The notes under the pieces are model-generated. The model did no database searches. It was not told the origin of the DNA and saw nothing but the letters and a program-made list of their open reading frames with translations. 64,000 bases of DNA from Candidatus Omnitrophota bacterium. Lineage in GTDB: Bacteria; Omnitrophota; Omnitrophia; Omnitrophales; Aquincolibacteriaceae. The position numbers were made by a program, and so were the translations under genes. Where the stretch lies: positions 12,962-76,961 of the forward strand of contig JAUYMS010000017.1 in assembly GCA_030698625.1 (NCBI GenBank), written 5' to 3'. Each line of letters begins with the position of its first letter. The stretch's first letter is position 1. This document shows, piece by piece, positions 12,401 to 17,080 of the stretch.

Positions 12401-13536
12401 ACGGTCCTTTTGACGGGATTAGCGGTGACGCCATCGAACTGGTACTGCGCGAACAGGAGATCGAGCAAAGAATCACCCAATTAGAGAAAGAATGGACCCG
12501 TGTGGATACAACCGAGCCTGCGTCGGAAGCGTCGCGATCTGAGCTCCGTGCGATGGATGTTTCTCACCTTTCAGCGGCGGATCAGGCCCTTTTAGCGGAT
12601 CGATTTCCGGATACCGATGCCCTTGAGGCGGTCATTGCGGTTACTTTTGTCGCCGAGAAGACGGTATCTCTTAAATACTATCAAGAACCCGCCCTGGTGC
12701 GGGTCCTTATTGAGGCTGTGGCCCCCGAAATTGCGGTGGTCCAGGCGGATCAAGCCGAGGTCGCTCGAGAGATGGAAGCCTGGGCCAATGTCCTGGCACG
12801 GCTTGTGACCGAAAGAAAACTCCTTAGTGATGGGACCGGGACCGTCGTCTCCACCACGGAAGGTGATTTCGAGAAGAGAAAAGCGGTTACGCTGGCAAAA
12901 CTTCCGCTTATGGCGGCTGTGGCTAAGCGCGACCCCCGCGGCAACTTTCTCCAGAACTTCGTCATCGGGGGACCGCATGCCGAGGCTATCCATAGAACCG
13001 TGTTCAGCCGCAATAATGACCTAGACGCTACGGTGAAAGCCTTTGCCGGAAAATTGAGATGGGGTAAGCAGGAAGAGCCGCTCGGAGACCTGATTACTGA
13101 AGCGATCAAGGAAGAAGCCAGGAGTTCGACGCCCGGATCGGTGATTTCATCAGTCACAGCACAAGAGGCTGACGCCATCCCTGAGGTGATTACCCGGGTT
13201 TTGAGGATGATTCAAGACGAAAGCGAGCTCCGGAACCTTGATCTATGGAATCCCGAAGAAATTGCCGCATTCGCAGCCGCAGATTTAGCGCGTGACTTGA
13301 TGTTACAGGACTTTGCGTCGCGCGAACAAGTGGATCCTGAGCGATTAAAGCTTGATCGGGACTATGCGAATGGTATTGCAGAGCTTCTCAAACAATATAT
13401 TGCAGCCAATTACCCTGATATCGATCTTAACCAGGTTGCTATCCGGGGAGGACGCTTCCATATCTCGTTACAGGAAGTCTCTAAACAGCTACAGAGCTTG
13501 CGCCAGGCTCAGGAAGAGATTAGCAGCGCCGCGTAA
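445..13536 (+). CDS. Giant modular protein 1 (4363 aa): leader, conserved N-terminal domain, 14 RSEL[R/G]-delimited modules
   Basis: Uninterrupted ORF with SD and TTG start, hydrophobic leader ending WSAP, N-domain paralogous to those at 21986 and 48511, 13 RSELR plus 1 RSELG, followed by an intrinsic terminator. Confidence 0.93.
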   Translation: MKTGLSITGFWKFTAFHTLVFFSMTTILWSAPSLTVNDVLRQGLTSDNIGLPSLVNRIEVPETSGSILKRFEANSSGPSIVHIQDAHTHYEAQQNIRRILNHLSEEYQVQHIFLEGAMDRVDPELMRYFKDTEANRDIAELLAKEGVLGGAELFLLQATENAQQLKTQAHGVEDPDLYRRNIALYQTVYADKEIADNYLTSVKAQIVTRASHVFGKKLRNFFREWLFYQDIPNELLRQLNTLRKYAAEELGVELGDAREQIDWPQLVRFFRLQQLETEIDFEKAGTDKGRLIAWIREQEIGENFAEELSAWDIKKSFLGRQHADLRTFLEALHQSSRERNFSFETYGELKLVLGAAILRSEISATELFDESERLTARMLGRLAATPEEEALVSIYKDYVLSEKLFSLELVSEDHNELESRFRTLKPSQLIARIDGEYAKSFESRELTELDGLFEQARDFYRVAVEREEAIFENMTRRMKEQGIESAVLITGGFHATGLHRLFEERGFSYANVVPHMLEVGDSKSYTDLLMLRGDSLTRRAYLSAPRLPDISFQHQLPEHFESYLVYHVLPALSRELLKRLSLGHDLRSELRSLNQQAALLDRGVLVDEVTGEVSIAGESLGLLFTDRGLKKALTATANSDAVNIGLYGKWLAVHSAAGERYTLQKYSAARGEVITTNAVYLNKGGNVDRALYSPNRRVKPSDGNRYVARQVIISEFAKARGLSFVPQIIDVKPADSTVSENGLIQFEDRSAAEDSRDKVLYVRKNAAGIPADEQIGKLNPAERSLILLDVFRAVKKLFDSGLAIEDLKFDNFLIRKDYLEILNHRKEQPLEEPETLSVILHDLGGALFVDPDSLVQWLETERAGGAKHPLADLVDGGRRYSLDGRDNGTMHAIHKNQQTSFLQDAGNLVRFESRLDKAWAGNASRKALLGYLVIHQLAKTAISWMTKSVDPKEYSRRAFAGMSHHAWTFNNIMQDIEALTQPDAFRALESDDVLQERMSETGPLSNESRRELQERLIEQQFAALYQNLTWIHLLIRQARQETTETKTDSGEVASSTFDTLDASIESTVTPGGAGITDVMEAKAERPTLPRTEVMDARSPVRSELRMDPFDKESLTAEEMGARLNEKARGNSIVAKFKDTLLSVQRDLPLGQMLKEMEQQVILEIGSGEDMQLINFWVRDLKFDPAKIYAIEPALTTGSNNPLGRENFAAGLFREDLPESWKSIRFDWIFAYHVAEALHSGKPLDGINHEDLQTAYGLLRTGGQLTVHPLDFNLAMDKLIPEFGIPSGIPLPAERSAVAKFLESVNFEYPYRPLLHGGFTFAKGVRSELRYEVSDLVGGEANLEYLRNIEAAVNQDMEAPAYARLAIYLASGADISTALLATDADEYLFVERRPFINPNWTWDESTEKHLNRYVEGKQFSDYGMTDDMAAAGETRSYLRGELEVLGAANIIVPGATREDGIYEIFFTWQGRERKITYVSAESEAERRVQIAHVMKGRKGADYLIVKAGDYGANVGGVTTTELNGVISRFVGGGGHLILDFPHRRNDTEPVSVKQPLSAKFGYGKAMLMQDRAFVYRIVLSRSHLPDLSGAMRTAREWLWLAAPYGLVGSGHRMGGPARSELREGGEQLEDLQIVQMVRMDRALTRLTSEDTEYGNELGITPTQEGVGSTYVEGEVRRFLEFAGQSDLRDQLSFDPSLEGARVHVFGFGMQGYEILAFLQELGAGRIDAVSALPSDFRGLDRTLKDNGLQDAHVDGYLWQGQNLISELAEPESQADIVFLADVVDERHFTPEEIRAIAENLIRYVKPGGLLISAGQVYRLHELGAIHPEDPIVRIEHPVETPEVAFFLKEKTDRSELRADKAELAKLTAALERVYAAVALDVDGTLLDGTGDGFMKNIHHIIGFLREGVPVAIVTGNNESMVKAILIRTIKNLLTSAKDYNMTDADAAAAMENLHIYVYNGAKGFNAGTGEVYYNRFFDELTGHSTRHFIEAISRDPGLRDIAENSMVQDARAYGFHFFPYGQTPDLDGYADRLNKFFEREGYPLEAKTSSVGVDVFPKGVDKGYAIADLALRIGAEPNQIAKIADRMQKGGNDDAFNDESSFAVKSYDEDNPRQISMVKAVELTGAAATGYLLERLKIKGRADRSELRTEDVQILDVVFDPETGAYVSRAELDRRSREEAGRSREAAIIAKAAEPRTPLQTAGKLLDVAGFAFMVLGANLFTAGIVAALLFNITSVIGIVLVTLGIATLAVVVGESTFVGLPYLFGRYDFAKLVGISNEEAVDRAEQAFVDVKETALTKEDWHVLGGLRHVGEPRGFFRIAYDIIEVVVGKGDTVHPAIAFGPVLRYQTVRRLGLGNDFDRLMPRYIKNLSGDQPSLLARSFWWVYGDYELLKRAYSYGYLSIVPFYALPHFLLSSTLFLALTALRILSLPLTLRGGIKAFLERLSMMKAYAAITLLYLSTAAESMTDKTVTNELPDAITVGKMTVEGRARSELRDDVEEAIAQWAAGKEVELLQTVSVDGSEFRFVHRALPVMDAYPGMRETIEVYAGQTRIGGIVFRVRSSGVWRDTLIGGPLTGVDDALDVEALYRERYEGIGRTLLALVVLLTHARGIPKIKAAKQLNMQQYEDLGFHYSPSVDEYVADLTHLRDDVPGRAEGAVGIVKRSELRDDEMSGLVTVPEDNPYETTYAARPTFSQAFPDSSQLIRELDTVSVGSFMWSAGVIENTEQNESVTIFDNAIALALSLAAIGVLSFFWLGILSSPSGVVHELFNGLVDGYLFRILMSLAISTIPVALLTFITGLYFSGIRVSHKKVFAQIRDDLTENPPAGKLRLIGLLLTALTDRNQNIRKAAESELNRITKQVPSVRQALDAGVAGIARSELRSDEMSTDEVRELLSRVPPPTPVFEQRGGVTEENPYGVLLEIWPTVGQAFPELSQLLRDLDNISALDLEFAIDAVAETTKGRYEGKIHNVFVAWLTLPMLYLFSVVGVLLWSEMSTLPRIAKDAVRDFVVDGPLLWLAVASFATGLILAVRVLFFAAPKGSHKETVSGIKKNLYENPLAGKLEALRFLWSHANHRDQKIRESAGKALEFVASKVPSVRQALDRGVQTPTRSELRTDEEQVSIFLGALLRLAESVNIERRDSLSVARVLDDGTRLYELPLEVSYLKSRNIQPGNPVPLEELTRFFTAQGIEDLSNISLGYGASELKGPALLAVEDRGGDLQLIGLSFYRFSKDSDDYGLGLISFGNADDLIRQYQGSLDYPGNRAAGIITPQVEFITDGISVEATFQAQGARREVLIKRLRSKAKIRQVDLPRPSRHMARSELRAATVKGKDQDFFGRGLVKDHYDTVRLLVPEPLIRDVAGEGFLIPEPLQNPDLVMASTGARESNLTFAADKAFFSVIFKSKDVHRPFLKSDFIYYGKTLEILPGTMRPFREDQERTDIVAADRTFAWWFRHNVVPFAQALGYEKIGITIVKGLSKRISQSTLRELGFREPRIGGRAIWIYDLKPEQQASRSELGVTPDPLKALRRPALRQFIRDLLVNNYSRFLPEFFQTKPQGPYVDIEAWVDGILQAGADFSGDPVAAARFLNDHRVTFDPGNIFRWGGAVELRASLRDFEQAELEYADRFHPGPRVFDVGGGSGRWLSGIADRHPGRFTHLLMSERYAEGYNVTDERIVQIAQSGERIPLDEIIAAAGGDGVESAQLRYVLHHTYGELQDPNDPAAEEKVVEFLSDVRSAIGHGGQLFVYEDTYPLGDAQRFPLPEALSEAQQKEFTERFLTLSEEDKYLYMVFTDWYWNVFLGRHYGMSMAYRYYPMEKWVEIFNRAGFEVERAEYLGFLKQRVHGATQGVFVLRNPERSELRAMSRRGFLERVMKTAVLASLSLPSLPSGPGLGETASLLLGSPRGYMGTPAGSLIHVMRSGGVIVFDSKNMMTPATLLRLERTFSAKSGPSARVKKIPSERDLVKQRRQAIESQIAAAKEEIQNIVWDGPFDGISGDAIELVLREQEIEQRITQLEKEWTRVDTTEPASEASRSELRAMDVSHLSAADQALLADRFPDTDALEAVIAVTFVAEKTVSLKYYQEPALVRVLIEAVAPEIAVVQADQAEVAREMEAWANVLARLVTERKLLSDGTGTVVSTTEGDFEKRKAVTLAKLPLMAAVAKRDPRGNFLQNFVIGGPHAEAIHRTVFSRNNDLDATVKAFAGKLRWGKQEEPLGDLITEAIKEEARSSTPGSVISSVTAQEADAIPEVITRVLRMIQDESELRNLDLWNPEEIAAFAAADLARDLMLQDFASREQVDPERLKLDRDYANGIAELLKQYIAANYPDIDLNQVAIRGGRFHISLQEVSKQLQSLRQAQEEISSAA
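2218..3744 (+). other. Giant 1 module: protein-kinase-like fold
   Basis: Catalytic-loop-like IEDLKFDNFLI (~2854-2886) and DFG-like VILHDLGGA (~2956-2982). Confidence 0.5.
3760..5997 (+). other. Giant 1 modules: three consecutive class I SAM-methyltransferase-like domains (3760-4416, 4432-5292, 5308-5997)
   Basis: ILEIGSG...IYAIEP...FDWIF...LLRTGGQL; IYLASGAD...YLFVE; VHVFGFG...ADIVF...YVKPGGLL. The middle domain is the weakest call. Confidence 0.55.
6013..6870 (+). other. Giant 1 module: HAD subfamily IIB (Cof/PMM-like) phosphatase or mutase
   Basis: Motif I ALDVDGTL, motif II IVTGN, motif III VDVFPKGVDKG, motif IV IADRMQKGGND. Confidence 0.8.
7927..8430 (+). other. Giant 1 module: GNAT-like acetyltransferase
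   Basis: V..LYRERYEGIGRTLL (acetyl-CoA motif A-like) and QYEDLGF (motif B-like). Confidence 0.5.
8446..9771 (+). repeat. Tandem duplicated two-TM module (8446-9072 and 9088-9771)
   Basis: Both copies: DEMS...E[DE]NPY...PT..QAFP..SQL.R.LD, two hydrophobic helices, SHK...L.ENP.AGKL...R.Q.IR..A...L...VPSVRQALD.GV, each bounded by RSELR. Confidence 0.9.
10993..12006 (+). other. Giant 1 module: class I SAM methyltransferase
   Basis: RVFDVGGGSG, LRYVLHH, GGQLFVYED, W...FNRAGF. Confidence 0.75.
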
Positions 13537-13548
13537 TAGGCCGCCAAT

Positions 13549-13581
13549 AAAAAAGGCCGCTCTTTCCGAGCGGCCTTTTTT
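13549..13581. terminator. Bidirectional rho-independent terminator
   Basis: AAAAAAGGCCGCTC-tttcc-GAGCGGCCTTTTTT: GC stem flanked by A6 and T6 tracts, just after the giant 1 stop, between convergent units. Confidence 0.9.
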
Positions 13582-13597
13582 ATGCATTTAAAGGGCA

Positions 13598-13625
13598 GTA
13601 GGGGCACCGCGCGCTGTGCCCCTAC
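13598..13625. repeat. GTAG-type REP-like palindrome
   Basis: GTAGGGGCAC-CGCGCGCT-GTGCCCCTAC with perfect 10-bp arms starting GTAG on both strands; single copy in the window. Confidence 0.5.
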
Positions 13626-13691
13626 TTTCAGGTCCACGTGGAACTGGGCACGTGAACCTCTGGGATACTTTTATTTCCGCGACCTAATTTT

Positions 13692-13719
13692 AGTATAGCA
13701 CACACTTTTTTTTGTGCAA
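13692..13719 (-). promoter_or_regulatory. sigma70-type promoter downstream of the Xaa-Pro peptidase gene, pointing at the hairpin region
   Basis: Minus strand TTGCAC, 16-nt spacer, TATACT, with extended TG and AT-rich upstream sequence. Confidence 0.55.
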
Positions 13720-13759
13720 AAAATTTCACGAAAAAAATGAAAATAATTTCGACTATTAT

Positions 13760-14896
13760 TTAGATTTCTAAAAATTTCGGCGCGCGTGTTAAATTGATGC
13801 ATCCTTTTTTAGTAATGACCACTACATCTTCTAAACGAACGCCGCCGATGCCCTTATAATAGAGTCCGGGTTCAACCGTAACGACATTACCTGCTTTCAT
13901 AATGTCGCCGCCCGGGCTAACGCGCGGCTCTTCATGAATATCCAGTCCCAAACCGTGGCCGGTCCCGTGGAAGAAGCCCTGCATGCGGCCGTTCATGACT
14001 CCCGTGGTGAATCCCAGTGCTTCAAAGCGCTTGTGAATGGCGTTGTGCACGTCTCCGGAGTTAATCCCTTCACGCAACATAGAAAATCCTATGTCTTGTC
14101 CTTCCCGAACGGCCGCATAGATTTTCTTTAGTTTGGGCGAGGCCTTACCACGCACGACCGTACGGGTAAAGTCGGCAAAATAGCGGCTCGCAGAGTCTCG
14201 CGGAAAGATATCCATGATCAGTGATTGATTGGCGTAGATGGGGCCCGACCCTTCATTGTGAGGATCAACGGCATGTTTGCCGCAGGCAACGATCGAATGG
14301 CTGGCGATAAAGCCCGATTCCATCAGTGAGACATTAATGACCTGTTTGAGGCGTTCAGAGGTAAGGATTTTGCCCTGATAGTAGAGTTTTCCGCGCCTAA
14401 TGAGCGACTTACGCAGGACGGCAATAGCTTTAGCGACGGCCTTTTCGGTGTGCCGAATGGCATTACGGATATACCTGATTTCGGCAGGGGTTTTGACCAG
14501 ACGGCGCGTGAAAAAAGGGTCGGGCCTGACCTGGATTCGCAGCCGGCGCTTCCTAAGGAGATCTGCGTATTCTAAGGGGAAATTGCCGGGAACCGTCAGC
14601 GATTTGACCCGGCGGGATTTCACGAATTCTTCGATGATATCCAGATACCCCGGTTTGCGCTGATACTTACGCACAAAGTCTTTCCTAAGCGCAGAAATGG
14701 AGAAAACGCGGTCAACTTTGGCTTGGGAACGGGCGCGATCGACTTCCAGATCGCTCATGAGGAGATATTTCTTACCGCGTATGACTAAATAAGCAAACGC
14801 GTCGGGCGCAATGAAGCGGGTGGCATAATACATGTTAGCATCCTGCTCGCTTGACGCAATAATTAGAATATTTTCAGATTTTGAAGTCTTCTTCAT
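13760..14896 (-). CDS. Xaa-Pro aminopeptidase/dipeptidase (M24B family)
   Basis: Creatinase-like N-domain; metal motifs DIFP..YFADFTRT, HGTGHGLGLDIHEEP, TVEPGLY, GVRLED. Confidence 0.93.
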   Translation of the reverse strand: MKKTSKSENILIIASSEQDANMYYATRFIAPDAFAYLVIRGKKYLLMSDLEVDRARSQAKVDRVFSISALRKDFVRKYQRKPGYLDIIEEFVKSRRVKSLTVPGNFPLEYADLLRKRRLRIQVRPDPFFTRRLVKTPAEIRYIRNAIRHTEKAVAKAIAVLRKSLIRRGKLYYQGKILTSERLKQVINVSLMESGFIASHSIVACGKHAVDPHNEGSGPIYANQSLIMDIFPRDSASRYFADFTRTVVRGKASPKLKKIYAAVREGQDIGFSMLREGINSGDVHNAIHKRFEALGFTTGVMNGRMQGFFHGTGHGLGLDIHEEPRVSPGGDIMKAGNVVTVEPGLYYKGIGGVRLEDVVVITKKGCINLTRAPKFLEI

Positions 14897-14923
14897 TGTG
14901 CAATTGGGGCTCTTGACTATAAT
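14896..14923 (+). promoter_or_regulatory. Candidate sigma70 promoter of the ferredoxin-transketolase operon
   Basis: TTGTGC (14896-14901), 16-nt spacer, perfect TATAAT (14918-14923). SD AAGGAG precedes GTG 14965. Confidence 0.4.
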
Positions 14924-14964
14924 TGTAAAGCCTTAGCATCACGAAGACAAGGAGTTCATCGAAC

Positions 14965-15279
14965 GTGGCGGAATTTGTAAAGGTCGCGAAGACGGCGGAT
15001 ATTCCCAAAGATACCGGATTCCATGTGGAGTCCGGCGGAAGGGATATCGCTCTTTTTAAAGTGGATGGGAAGGTCTACGCAATTGATGCTGTCTGCGCCC
15101 ATTCCGGAGGACCACTCGCCGAAGGCGGCTTGCACGGTAAAGAAGTCATGTGTCCGTGGCACGGATGGCAATTTGACGTGACGACGGGCGAATGCAGCTT
15201 TAATCCTTCGGTAAAACAGGCAACATTCAAGGTCAAGGATGACGGTGAAGACATTTACATATCGATTGACGCTCCCTAG
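14965..15279 (+). CDS. Rieske [2Fe-2S] ferredoxin (NirD/dioxygenase ferredoxin-like)
   Basis: CAHSGGPL...CPWHGWQFDVTTG Rieske ligand motifs. Confidence 0.92.
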   Translation: MAEFVKVAKTADIPKDTGFHVESGGRDIALFKVDGKVYAIDAVCAHSGGPLAEGGLHGKEVMCPWHGWQFDVTTGECSFNPSVKQATFKVKDDGEDIYISIDAP

Positions 15280-15302
15280 GAAAGCAGATAAACTCCAAAA
15301 CT

Positions 15303-16121
15303 ATGAAAAAGCCGTCCATTGATGAGCTAAAATCGGTCGCCAAGCAGGTTCGCCGCGATATTGTGGATATGACGGCCGAGGCCGGTTCTGGGCATCCCGG
15401 AGGGTCGTTATCCGGCACCGAAATCCTTACGGCGCTTTACTTTGAGATCATGAATCACGACCCTAAGAACCCGCAGTCGCCGGATCGAGATCGATTTATC
15501 CTCAGTAAGGGGCATGCTTCACCGCTCCTTTACTCGGTTTTGGCCCGGTCAGGTTATTTTGACCCCAAACTTCTACCGACCTTTCGCAAGCTGGGCAGTC
15601 CGCTACAGGGTCATCCCGACAGACGCCGGCTGCCGGGGGTTGAGGCTTCAACCGGGTCTTTAGGTCAGGGGCTCTCCTTTGGAATCGGCCATGCTTTGGC
15701 GCGCCGTCTGAACAAGCAGTCTTACAACACCTATGTACTTATCAGTGACGGGGAATGCAATGAAGGGCAAACCTGGGAAGCCGCGGCGATGGCCGCCCAT
15801 CATAAACTGGACCATCTTACTGTCTTTCTTGACTACAACAAATTTCAGCTCGACGATGCTACTGCGGTTATTTGCAACATGGAGCCGATGGTTGACAAGT
15901 GGGTGTCTTTCGGCTGGGATGTCCAGGAAATCAACGGCCACGACTTCGAGCAGATTCTTGCCGCAGTCAAAAAGGCCCAGGCGGTCAAAAATCAGCCCAC
16001 CATGATCGTTTGCCATACTATTAAGGGTAAAGGTATTTCCTTCATGGAGAACAACAATCACTACCATGGGGTTGCCCCCACCCAGGCAGAAAGGGAAAAA
16101 GCATTAAAGGAACTTGTTTGA
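15303..16121 (+). CDS. Transketolase, N-terminal (TPP-binding) subunit
   Basis: GHPGGSLS, DRDRFILSKGHA, LQGHP, STGSLGQG, SDGECNEGQTWEA. Confidence 0.93.
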   Translation: MKKPSIDELKSVAKQVRRDIVDMTAEAGSGHPGGSLSGTEILTALYFEIMNHDPKNPQSPDRDRFILSKGHASPLLYSVLARSGYFDPKLLPTFRKLGSPLQGHPDRRRLPGVEASTGSLGQGLSFGIGHALARRLNKQSYNTYVLISDGECNEGQTWEAAAMAAHHKLDHLTVFLDYNKFQLDDATAVICNMEPMVDKWVSFGWDVQEINGHDFEQILAAVKKAQAVKNQPTMIVCHTIKGKGISFMENNNHYHGVAPTQAEREKALKELV

Positions 16122-17080
16122 TGGAAAAAAAACTCGGTAAAGCCACTCGAGACGCCTATGGGCAGGCCCTGGTTGAAATTGGGGAGACTCATCCGGACGT
16201 TATCGTATTGGATGCGGATCTTTCGAAATCAACGAAAACCGTCACGTTTAGCGAAATGTTCCCTGAGCGCTTCTTCAATGTGGGCATTCAGGAAGCCAAT
16301 CTCGTGGGTGTCGCAAGCGGACTTGCGGCGTGCGGGAAAATTCCCTTCGTCTCCAGTTTCGCGTCCTTTCTTGTTTGCAAGGGCTTCGATCAGATGCGTA
16401 TCGGGGCCGCCTATTCGGAGCTGCCCATTAAAATGGTTGCCTCTCACGGAGGAATCTCAGTCGGTGAAGACGGGCCGTCGCAGATGAGCATCGAGGACGT
16501 GGCGCTCGCCTGCACCCTACCCAAGTTTGCCGTCATGGTGCCCTCTGATGAGATTTGCGCGCGCGCTTTAGTGCATGCCGCTGTCGAGTATAAAGGCCCC
16601 ATCTATATGAGAACGGGACGCCCCAAGGCCCCGATCGTCCATACCGAGAAATCAAGCTTTGAGATCGGCAAGGGCATTCGCCTGCGCGAAGGAAATGATG
16701 TGACTCTTGTCGCCAACGGACTGCTTGTATTTGAAGCCTTGCAGGCAGCCGAGACTCTCGCTGAAGAAGGTATCAGCGCGAGCGTCATCGAGTTACATAC
16801 CGTTAAGCCGCTCGATCGCCAACTGCTGATCGAAGAGGCGAGTAAAACGGGACACTTTGTTGTTGCCGAAGAGCATCAAATTTGGGGCGGCCTCGGAAGT
16901 GCCGTTGCTACGTGCCTGGCCCAGGAGGTGCCTTCCAAGATTGAGTTTGTTGCCATTCAGGATACGTATGCCGAATCAGGCACGCCTGATGAATTGCTGA
17001 TCAAGTACGGTCTCTCGGCAGCCAACGTCGTAAAAGCTGCCAAAAAAGTCCTTGGGAAAAGTGTGAAGAGCGAAACCTGA
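16121..17080 (+). CDS. Transketolase, C-terminal subunit
   Basis: ATRDAYG, DADLSKST, FFNVGIQEAN, GEDGPSQ, EEHQIWGGLGSAV; TGATG overlap with the upstream gene. Confidence 0.93.
   Translation: MEKKLGKATRDAYGQALVEIGETHPDVIVLDADLSKSTKTVTFSEMFPERFFNVGIQEANLVGVASGLAACGKIPFVSSFASFLVCKGFDQMRIGAAYSELPIKMVASHGGISVGEDGPSQMSIEDVALACTLPKFAVMVPSDEICARALVHAAVEYKGPIYMRTGRPKAPIVHTEKSSFEIGKGIRLREGNDVTLVANGLLVFEALQAAETLAEEGISASVIELHTVKPLDRQLLIEEASKTGHFVVAEEHQIWGGLGSAVATCLAQEVPSKIEFVAIQDTYAESGTPDELLIKYGLSAANVVKAAKKVLGKSVKSET

Larger units (their letters stand above)
2203..12549 (+). repeat. RSELR peptide-delimiter array in giant 1
   Basis: 15-nt motifs start at 2203, 3745, 4417, 5293, 5998, 6871, 7912, 8431, 9073, 9772, 10399, 10978 (RSELG), 12007 and 12535. 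Confidence 0.95.
13549..13686 (-). ncRNA. Candidate ~135-nt three-hairpin small RNA
   Basis: Minus-strand promoter at 13692-13719, then hairpins AGGTTCACGTG/CACGTGGACCT and AGTAGGGGCAC/GTGCCCCTACT, ending at the terminator. No family recognised. Confidence 0.4.

Noticed and set aside
13555-13650. Terminator arm GGCCGCTCGGAA (minus strand) matches the G-R-S-E codons at 47432, and the sRNA loop CCCAGTTC could pair with GAACTG in some delimiters
   Set aside because: The matches are only 6-12 nt in GC-rich sequence with 33 possible targets, and the terminator explains the stem. This is too weak to claim a guide RNA.
13760-14896. Xaa-Pro peptidase as the RSELR-processing enzyme
   Set aside because: M24B enzymes are cytosolic exopeptidases for Xaa-Pro N-termini, not endopeptidases, and this is a common housekeeping gene.
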